Shown: piece by piece, positions 56,737-64,000 of the stretch
Layout of the letters: the number at the start of each line of letters is the position of its first letter
Position numbering within the stretch: the stretch's first letter is position 1
Origin: Thermoproteota archaeon
GTDB lineage: Archaea; Korarchaeota; JAOZGF01; JAOZFZ01
Length of the DNA stretch: 64,000 bases
Assembly (NCBI GenBank): GCA_027492035.1
Contig: JAOZFT010000035.1
Location: 1 to 64,000 of the forward strand
Direction: 5' to 3'
Notes under the pieces: generated by a model
The model's database searches: none
Seen by the model: the letters and a program-made list of their open reading frames with translations, nothing else
Told to the model about the DNA's origin: nothing
Translations under genes and position numbers: made by a program

Positions 56737-58005
56737 TTGCAAGAAATGAAAGGCAAAGTTTGTTTAGTTCCTTTTGTGTCACCTTTCCATAAGAAGGAAG
56801 CCTACATCGGAAAACTAAATTTTTTCAAAAAATTTCCTTGGCTGAGCTTCTACAGTCCAGTGTCAGGGGAAGATGAAGTCCTGGACGTTATTGAATGGGT
56901 TGAACAGTTTAAACTAGCCTTACTTTACCCCTTGACAGGCGGAACTTCTCAGTTGTTGGTGTCAACAATTATTTCCACTTCTACACCGACTGTGTTGTTA
57001 ACGGATGGAAGAAACAACTCCTTGCCTTCAGCGTTAACTTGTAAAAGGAAAATTGGCAAATTTAATGGAAATACCCTGATCAAGTTAATTTTCTTGGACG
57101 AAAAAAGTCTCTTCTCATTTGAAGAAACAGTTTCAGAAATTCTAAAAGTGGCTGAAGCCTTCCAAGAATTTATAGGCATGAAAATACATTTCTTGGGTTA
57201 TTTAAGCAACAAAAAGAAGTCATTCTATGACCCCTACACATTAAAAGAAAAATTCAACATCAACATTATACAAGAAAACATGGATTTTAAGAAGTACTTA
57301 AGAATTAAACTTGAACCTCAATGGCTAGAAACCTTCAAAGGCTACGAAATAATTGAGCCTTCTCAACAAGAGCTAGAGAAGGCATTTAAATTTTACCTTC
57401 TACTAAAAAAATTCCTTGAAGGAAAGGAAGCAGAAGTTTTGACGCTTGACTGTTTCCAATTAATAAACCAGGTAGGGTTTCCTCCATGCTTTGCAGCGGC
57501 AAAACTGCTTGAAAAAGGAGTGATTTTTGGTTGCGAAGCCGACTTGGCCTCAACAGTCACTATGTTTATCTTAAAAAAACTAACAGGTTCCCAGCCTTTC
57601 ATAATGAACCTATCAGCAATTTATCCAGAAAAAAATGAAGTGCTCCTTTCCCACTGCACAGCCCCCTTGAACTTAAGTGCCGGAAAGAAAAAATTACGCT
57701 CCCATTTCGAGTCAGGGTTAGGTGTCTCTGTTGAACTCACCTTTAAAAAAGGGCCTGTAACTCTTGTTCAATTTATTAACCCCGACTACGAAAAAATGTA
57801 TATTGCAGAAGGAGAAATTGTGGATGGAAATCCTAAAATTGAAAGCAATTGTAGAAGCCAAATAAAAGTGAAACCGAAATTTTCAGTTAAAAAGTTCTTG
57901 GAAGAAAATTTTGGAAATCATTTCACAGTTGTTTACGGTAAACACTCTGAAAAAATAAACAATTTCTGCAAACTAGCTGGTATTGCAACAAAAATTTACA
58001 ATTGA
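56737..58005 (+). CDS. L-fucose/L-arabinose isomerase-like protein
   Basis: DCF..PC, GCEAD, SHC, RSHFES, CRSQ, GNH motifs. Confidence 0.72.
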   Translation: MQEMKGKVCLVPFVSPFHKKEAYIGKLNFFKKFPWLSFYSPVSGEDEVLDVIEWVEQFKLALLYPLTGGTSQLLVSTIISTSTPTVLLTDGRNNSLPSALTCKRKIGKFNGNTLIKLIFLDEKSLFSFEETVSEILKVAEAFQEFIGMKIHFLGYLSNKKKSFYDPYTLKEKFNINIIQENMDFKKYLRIKLEPQWLETFKGYEIIEPSQQELEKAFKFYLLLKKFLEGKEAEVLTLDCFQLINQVGFPPCFAAAKLLEKGVIFGCEADLASTVTMFILKKLTGSQPFIMNLSAIYPEKNEVLLSHCTAPLNLSAGKKKLRSHFESGLGVSVELTFKKGPVTLVQFINPDYEKMYIAEGEIVDGNPKIESNCRSQIKVKPKFSVKKFLEENFGNHFTVVYGKHSEKINNFCKLAGIATKIYN

Positions 58006-58019
58006 AAACTGAGGAAATA

Positions 58020-58382
58020 CTAAAATTTCTTTTTAAGGGTAAGGATCAATTCGTTAATTAATTCATCCACATTATTTAGTAACTCTTTTATTTCTTGTTT
58101 TTCAGCCTTTTCTATGTGTATTCCGGCTATAACCACAGTTTTAACACCCACCTTACCAGTAATTTCCTTAGCTGCCTTACTTGCCACCTTTCCCTCTTTA
58201 TGTCTATGTGAAACCAGGGTTTTCACTGAAACACTTTCTCCCTCTTTTTCAGCTAAAGATACAGCACCGACATGAGGTTTCTCTCCACCACCAATCAAAA
58301 CAACCAAGTCATTCCCTAAAGTTAAAAGTTTCAGAAAAACATGAAGCCTACCTTCCCCAGCTTCAAAGCTAAACCCTTCCAT
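58020..58382 (-). CDS. LpdD/PAC4-like small protein
   Basis: GNDLVVLIGGG..PHVGAV, HKE, VIAGIH. Confidence 0.65.
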   Translation of the reverse strand: MEGFSFEAGEGRLHVFLKLLTLGNDLVVLIGGGEKPHVGAVSLAEKEGESVSVKTLVSHRHKEGKVASKAAKEITGKVGVKTVVIAGIHIEKAEKQEIKELLNNVDELINELILTLKKKF

Positions 58383-58508
58383 TTCATTTCCTCTACTTCA
58401 AAGGACTTAACGTGTTCAATGAAATTGTACCATTATTCAAAAAAATAGATTTAAAGATTCCATTATAAAGTTGAAGTAGTAAAACTTCTCTCCCTAAATT
58501 AAGAAGAG

Positions 58509-59420
58509 GTGCCTAATTTGAACATCGTCCATAACTTGTTTAATAAAAGAAAAATACTTTATTTAACAATTTTTGCAGTCTCTGTAATAGTTACAGGGTT
58601 CCTATTTTCATTTTTCCTGTCCCCTATACAAAAAAGCTTTTACCCTAACCGAGAAAAACTTCCTTTAAAGGCTCCTCTTCCGTTACCAACACCTGCACCT
58701 ACAATAAACAGAGAGGAAGGTGTACTTCCACACCAAACCTTTCAAAGTGAAACTTCACTCCTGGAAACAACTAACCGATTAATGATTTACACTGCAACTG
58801 TGTCTTTAAAGGTAAAAAACGTAACAACAGCCATAAACAAAATAACTTCGTTAACAGAGGAATTCGGTGGGTTTATTCAAGAAATAAACATTTACGGGAC
58901 AGAAAGAAAAGAGGGATATATAACAGTGAGAATTCCTCAAACAAACTTCCAAGAATTCCTTAAAAAAATTGCTTCAATTGGAAAACTAGAAAACAAAAAA
59001 GTTGAAGGGCAAGATGTAACTGAGAAATTCATTGATTTACAAGCCAGGTTAAACAACAGTAAAAAAGAGGAGCAAAGGCTTCTACAAATACTTGAAAAAG
59101 CAGAAACAGTAGATGAAATCCTTAAAGTTGAAAAAGAAATAAAAACAGTAAGAACGGAAATAGACACCTTGACAGGGCAAATAAAATTCCTACAAAGAAG
59201 AATAACTTACTCAACAATAAAAATATCACTTGAAGAACCAGCTCCTCAACCGCCCTGGCTTCAACTCCCAGAAACAGATTGGAGTTACCCTCTAGAATTG
59301 GGGTTAACTATACTTTTAGATTTAATTCAAGCAATCATTACTTTAACCATAGCCCTCAGCCCAATAGCTATCCCAGGTTTCCTAATATATAAACTTTACA
59401 GGAGAAAGAAGAAATCTTGA
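58509..59420 (+). CDS. DUF4349 domain membrane protein
   Basis: RLMIYTATVSL, ITVRIP, DVTEKFIDLQARL, YSTIKISL; TM helices at both ends. Confidence 0.85.
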   Translation: MPNLNIVHNLFNKRKILYLTIFAVSVIVTGFLFSFFLSPIQKSFYPNREKLPLKAPLPLPTPAPTINREEGVLPHQTFQSETSLLETTNRLMIYTATVSLKVKNVTTAINKITSLTEEFGGFIQEINIYGTERKEGYITVRIPQTNFQEFLKKIASIGKLENKKVEGQDVTEKFIDLQARLNNSKKEEQRLLQILEKAETVDEILKVEKEIKTVRTEIDTLTGQIKFLQRRITYSTIKISLEEPAPQPPWLQLPETDWSYPLELGLTILLDLIQAIITLTIALSPIAIPGFLIYKLYRRKKKS

Positions 59421-59579
59421 AACCTTTTTTCTTAATTCCGCACTAAAATAAACTTTTTTTAAATGAATCAAGTTCAAAACTTCTTTTTTTATACTAATTC
59501 CCTTTTAAAAATATTTAAAATTTTTAGAAAGAAAAAGAATGAAAATAAATATTATAAGCATTAATTAAAAATGTTTAAA

Positions 59580-60791
59580 CTAGATTTCCTCCTCTTCTAA
59601 AGAACTTAAATAATCCTTAATTGCTCTAAAATAAATCTCAGCAACCTTAAATATGGATTTAATATTAACCCATTCATTTTTACTGTGAGCTCCCTCTCCA
59701 TCAGGCCCAAAACCACATATACACGGTACACCGTGAGTTATAAACATCCATCCGTCATTCCAAGGTCCACACCCCTCAACTTTAGGTTTAAACCCTAAAA
59801 CATCAAAAAAAACTTTAACTAAAACATTAACAATTTCTTCATCCGGAGAAATTTCAACTGGAGGTACGTAAAGCAAATCCTCTAAAACATAATCAACACC
59901 CAAACCCTCCAACCTACTCCTAATTAAGTTTTTCACTTGCTCTTTATTATTGCTAGGAAGTAATCTAACATCTCCATAAGCTACACATTCATCAGGGACC
60001 ATGTTAACACCTTTACCGCCTTCAATCAACGTTGGAAAAGTAAAAACAGGTTTCCTACCTGGAAAAGTTTTACTTGGAACAAAAGGAACCTCCAAACCTT
60101 TCAAAGCATTAATTACTTTAAACATATCTAAAACAGCGTTTCTTCCTCTCCACCTCCTCTCCCACTCCAGTAAACCGGTGTGAACAGCTTCACCGAAAAC
60201 TTTAATCCTAAACCTGTAACCTCCACGATGGCCAATGGTCACCCTTTCACAACCAGGTTCCCCAATAATTGCAGCGTCTCCCTTTAAACCATGTTTTAAA
60301 AGAAAAAGGGTTCCGTAACTGGAACAAGCACAAGGTTCCTCGTCAACAACAAAAGTTAAAATTAACTTGCCCTGTAAGTCGTCTTCAAAATTAAGCAGCC
60401 TCTTAGTTACGTAAACAAAAATCCCTAAAGAAGCCTTCATATCCAAAGAACCTAAACCATACAATTTACCATTCTTCACTTCACCAGAAAAAGGGTTAAA
60501 GCTGTAGCCTGCAGCCGGTGGAACAGTGTCCATGTGACCATTTAAGACCAAAGTTTTACCTTTACCAAACTTAACTTCAGCTACAACGTTGGGTCTGAAA
60601 AGGGAAACTCCTTTAAACACAGGGGATAAACCAAATTTCTCCAATTCATCAAAAACAGCTCTAGCAACATTTAACTCAACAGGTTCATCAGCTAAACTTC
60701 CACCAGGCTTAAAAAAATTAACACTTTTAATCCTAACAATTTTCCGAATAAACTTCAACATTTCAAAATTTAACTGCTGCAATGGCTCCAA
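59580..60791 (-). CDS. M20 family metallohydrolase (ArgE/DapE-like)
   Basis: NGHMDTV, GSLDMK, DEE, GEP, AHSKNE. Confidence 0.9.
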   Translation of the reverse strand: MEPLQQLNFEMLKFIRKIVRIKSVNFFKPGGSLADEPVELNVARAVFDELEKFGLSPVFKGVSLFRPNVVAEVKFGKGKTLVLNGHMDTVPPAAGYSFNPFSGEVKNGKLYGLGSLDMKASLGIFVYVTKRLLNFEDDLQGKLILTFVVDEEPCACSSYGTLFLLKHGLKGDAAIIGEPGCERVTIGHRGGYRFRIKVFGEAVHTGLLEWERRWRGRNAVLDMFKVINALKGLEVPFVPSKTFPGRKPVFTFPTLIEGGKGVNMVPDECVAYGDVRLLPSNNKEQVKNLIRSRLEGLGVDYVLEDLLYVPPVEISPDEEIVNVLVKVFFDVLGFKPKVEGCGPWNDGWMFITHGVPCICGFGPDGEGAHSKNEWVNIKSIFKVAEIYFRAIKDYLSSLEEEEI

Positions 60792-60966
60792 AAAACAACT
60801 CCCCCAAGATTCCTTTAAACAAAATTTCTTTAAAAAAATAAAAAGCTAAGAAGTTTTATTAAGTTTATTAAAAACGTTAATTTTAAATAAAAGCATAAAC
60901 ATTTCCAGCATCGAATCCCTTCCATCAATAAATATTTATTTAAACAGTGAAAAGGTGAAGTAAAAC

Positions 60967-63564
60967 TTGAAACACGCATTAAGGAAGAGAGTAAACCCTA
61001 GAAAGAAGTCTTCCCTAATATTCACCTTAATACTTATAACAACCCTCCTTTTAATTGCTCAAATACCTTACCAAACTGCAGCAGTAAAAATTAACAAGAA
61101 AAACTCTGAAATAGCCTCCGTAACTTTAGAACCAGTAAAGGATAACTATCTCACTGACCACTACCCAACTAGTTCATTCGGAGGATTGACCTTTCTAGTA
61201 ATTGGAGCGTATGTTCCGGCAGGAACCACTTACCGGTACCGACCCATTTTGCAATTCGATCTTAGCAGCATCCCTTCAGGTTCCACAATAACAAGTGCAA
61301 AGTTAAGGTTAACAAAATGTTGCGCGACAGGGGGGCCAGGTGGTAACTTTTATGTCTATGTTTATAGGTTAACAACTAACTGGGATGAAACTCACTCTTC
61401 TTGGAATTATAAAGAAACCGGGGTCTTGTGGGCGCATCCTGGAGGAGATTATTCAGGGTACTATGGTTCTTTTTATGTCACATCTGGTGTTGCTTACGGA
61501 ACCCATTTTGAAGTTGACGTAACAAATCTGGTTAAGAAATGGGTGGATGGCACTTACCCAAACTACGGGATATTGCTTAGATCATCTGTTGAGAGCAGTG
61601 CTACTACGAACTGGATTAAATTTGCTTCAAAAGAATATAGTGATTCAGACTGGAGGCCTAAACTAATTATTGAGTATACTCCCCCAGTTACTCCCACTAT
61701 CACTTTAACACCTACTCCTGTTTCTAGAAGTGTTGAGCAGGGAAGTTCAACTAGTTACTTAGTTTCTGTTACAGCTACCGCTGTTTCCGGTGATATTGGT
61801 TTAACTGTTTCTGGTCTGCCTTCCGGTGCAACCTACAGTTTCACCAGCAACAACCAACCTGCCCCTTACACTTCAACTTTAACAATTTCAACCAGCGGCA
61901 CAACACCAACTGGAACCTACACTTTAACCATTACCGGCGCCGGTGGAGGTGTAACAGGTACTGCTCATGTTACTTTAGAAGTTACTGCCCCAGCTGTTAC
62001 ACCTGACTTTTCTATCGATGTTTCCCCGAATTCTCAAACAGTTTCTCCTGGCAACAGTGTCGATTACAGTGTTTCTGTTAATCCTTCACCGATTTTTTCA
62101 AACCCTGTTTCTTTAACTGTTTCTGGTCTGCCTTCCGGTGCAACCTACAGTTTCACCAGCAACAACCAAGTTCCAGGTTTCACTTCAACTCTGAGCATTT
62201 CCACTTCAAGCTCTACTCCAACTGGAACCTACACTTTAACCGTTACAGGTTCAAGTGGGAGCTTAACTCACAGTGAAACAGTAACTTTGGTTGTTAGTCC
62301 TGCTGCTGATTTCTCAATAAGTGTCACTCCACCTAACTTAGCTGTTAAGGCTGGTGAAAGAGCTAACTTTGCAGTTACAATAACCCATATAGGAGGGTTT
62401 AGTTCCTCTACCCAAATTTTAATTTCTGTTGAAGGGTTACCCTCAGATGCTTCCCCCTCCTTGTCTTCATTCACAACTACAAGTACAGGGAGACATGGGT
62501 ATTTACGTATAGCTACAGGCTCAACTACTGGCACATTTCCTTTGACGATTATAGCCACTGGAGGAGGAAAAACTCACACTGCAGCTGTGACTTTAACCAT
62601 TACTCCAGGAGGTGCTACCCCCACAGCTTCACCTACTGCTTCCCCTTCGGCTCCACCCACAGCTTCACCTACTCCTTCCCCTTCACCTACTCCTTCCCCT
62701 GGAGCCTTTGATTTCACTTTAACTCTTTCTCCTTCAAGCAGTGAAATTTTCCAAGGTGAAGTTGCTACGTTTGTTGTTCAAGCTAGTCTTGTTTCAGGCA
62801 CTGCTCAACCTTTAACATTAACTGTTTCTGGTCTGCCAAGCGATGCTACTTACACATTTAACCCACCTACTGTAACTCCTACAGGTACTTCAACCTTAAC
62901 TGTTACGGCTGGTTCATCAACTGGTTCATTCACCTTCGTCATTACTGCCAGTGGTGGGGGCTTAACTAAAACAGTGACTGGTTCCTTAAAAATTTCAACT
63001 AAGAAATGCATAATTGCTACTGCTACATATGGTTCTGAGCTTTCAAGTGAAGTAATGTTCCTAAGAAAATTCAGAAACAATTTAATACTGAAAACTTACA
63101 GTGGTAAACAGTTCTATAAAGTTTTTGATGCATTCTATTACTCTTTCAGTCCCCAGGTTGCTCAATTTATTTTGGAACATCCACAAATTAAACCTTTAAT
63201 GAAAGCTCTACTTTACCCGTTAATGGCTTCTCTGCATGTTTCTGCTTTAACTCAGCCCTTGTTCAGTTTAAACCCTGAACTTGGAACAATTACTGCCGGT
63301 TTAATTGCTAGTGCTTTAATAGGATTGCTTTACTTAACACCTTTACTTATAGCTTTAAGTTTCATAGTTAGAGGGTGGAATTGGAAAACTAGAAAATTAG
63401 TTCTTGTTTTCGCAACTGCTTCCTTAACTTCCTTTGTTACACTGGTCAGTGGAACAATTCTCTCTATAGATTACTTAACAATGCTTTCCTCTGCAGTGTT
63501 TGTAGTTTCTACAATGTTACTTACTCCGTCAACTTTTCTTATTGGTTTACTTAAAAATAAATAA
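60967..63564 (+). CDS. Surface protein: DNRLRE/CBM96-like domain, four Ig-like repeats, PT linker, CFI-box-CTERM-like domain with TMs
   Basis: LQFDLSSIP...SAKLRL...NYGILL...RPKLIIEY; repeated LTVSGLP modules; CIIATATYGS...LRKFRN...YYSFSP. Confidence 0.82.
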   Translation: MKHALRKRVNPRKKSSLIFTLILITTLLLIAQIPYQTAAVKINKKNSEIASVTLEPVKDNYLTDHYPTSSFGGLTFLVIGAYVPAGTTYRYRPILQFDLSSIPSGSTITSAKLRLTKCCATGGPGGNFYVYVYRLTTNWDETHSSWNYKETGVLWAHPGGDYSGYYGSFYVTSGVAYGTHFEVDVTNLVKKWVDGTYPNYGILLRSSVESSATTNWIKFASKEYSDSDWRPKLIIEYTPPVTPTITLTPTPVSRSVEQGSSTSYLVSVTATAVSGDIGLTVSGLPSGATYSFTSNNQPAPYTSTLTISTSGTTPTGTYTLTITGAGGGVTGTAHVTLEVTAPAVTPDFSIDVSPNSQTVSPGNSVDYSVSVNPSPIFSNPVSLTVSGLPSGATYSFTSNNQVPGFTSTLSISTSSSTPTGTYTLTVTGSSGSLTHSETVTLVVSPAADFSISVTPPNLAVKAGERANFAVTITHIGGFSSSTQILISVEGLPSDASPSLSSFTTTSTGRHGYLRIATGSTTGTFPLTIIATGGGKTHTAAVTLTITPGGATPTASPTASPSAPPTASPTPSPSPTPSPGAFDFTLTLSPSSSEIFQGEVATFVVQASLVSGTAQPLTLTVSGLPSDATYTFNPPTVTPTGTSTLTVTAGSSTGSFTFVITASGGGLTKTVTGSLKISTKKCIIATATYGSELSSEVMFLRKFRNNLILKTYSGKQFYKVFDAFYYSFSPQVAQFILEHPQIKPLMKALLYPLMASLHVSALTQPLFSLNPELGTITAGLIASALIGLLYLTPLLIALSFIVRGWNWKTRKLVLVFATASLTSFVTLVSGTILSIDYLTMLSSAVFVVSTMLLTPSTFLIGLLKNK
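61800..62169 (+). repeat. Exact 58-bp direct repeat (61800-61857 and 62112-62169) within duplicated Ig modules
   Basis: tttaactgtttctggtctgccttccggtgcaacctacagtttcaccagcaacaaccaa twice, 312 bp apart; a second 24-bp identity at 61906 and 62218 has the same offset. Confidence 0.9.
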
Positions 63565-63620
63565 TAAAGTAAGGAACCTTTAATTCACCTTTTTTTTCTT
63601 TTTTAATTCTTTTCTGAATA

Positions 63621-64000
63621 TTAGTTGCCTATTGTTACTGTTTCATGGATGTGCTCCATTATATCTCTAACTTGAACTCTTACTTTCCATTCTATCTGGT
63701 TTAATTGTTTCTGAAGTGTTTCTTCACAGGTTGGGCAAGCTGAAACAATTACTTCAGGTTTAGTTGAAAGAAGGTCTTTAAGTCTTTTTTTTGCTATTTC
63801 CTCAGCTATTTTGGGATTTGAAAACCTAAGTAAGCCTCCACTTCCGCAACAAAATGTTTCCTTGCCTTTATGTGGAGGACTCAATATTTTCACTCCTGTT
63901 TTTCTTAAAAGAAACCTAGGTTCATTTACTATGTTTAGCTGTCTAGCTAGTATGCAAGGGTCATGATAAACTACCCTTTCTTTCTCCCTGTACTTTCCAA
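63621..64000 (-). CDS. CCG-domain Fe-S oxidoreductase (HdrD/GlpC-like), 5' part outside the window
   Basis: Frame is open to the window edge and reads YHDPCILAR...FCCGSGG...SACPTC. Confidence 0.85.
   Translation of the reverse strand, partial: GKYREKERVVYHDPCILARQLNIVNEPRFLLRKTGVKILSPPHKGKETFCCGSGGLLRFSNPKIAEEIAKKRLKDLLSTKPEVIVSACPTCEETLQKQLNQIEWKVRVQVRDIMEHIHETVTIGN

Noticed and set aside
686-63080. Many short antisense or overlapping ORFs in the track (e.g. 1040-1411, 7916-8251, 25903-26253, 42632-42958, 45092-45541)
   Set aside because: They shadow well-supported genes and have no recognisable motifs
1-64000. CRISPR arrays, IS elements, integrases, rRNA/tRNA genes, Sec/Pyl readthrough
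   Set aside because: No spaced repeats, transposase or integrase motifs, GC-rich structural RNA blocks or interrupted conserved genes were seen by eye

Overview
AT-rich, gene-dense archaeal chromosomal segment with about 65 CDS. I saw no rRNA, tRNA, CRISPR array or transposase. Archaeal origin rests on tes (tetraether synthase), mer, TrmB/Lrp regulators, acetate-CoA ligase alpha subunits and TATA-like promoters. An MglA-type GTPase with two roadblock proteins, an arrestin-fold protein, a CdvA-like coiled coil, a PPP phosphatase and a JAMM protease suggest a TACK/Asgard-type, probably thermophilic, lineage (inference only). Most interesting loci: (1) a three-gene zinc-ribbon operon containing a CdvA-like helical domain and a membrane protein (49.1-50.9 kb); (2) a roadblock-MglA-roadblock cluster with a divergent arrestin-like gene (54.2-56.6 kb); (3) a translationally coupled Tad/type IV pilus-like locus with atypical or absent class III signal peptides, followed by a Cys-rich surface protein and a MinD-like ATPase (26.8-36.5 kb); (4) a YknWXYZ-like exporter with a perfect 26-bp palindrome; (5) bacterial-type aspS beside long-form purA; (6) trmB and tes divergent around one palindromic TATA element. 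All family calls come from motif recognition by eye; no database searches were run.
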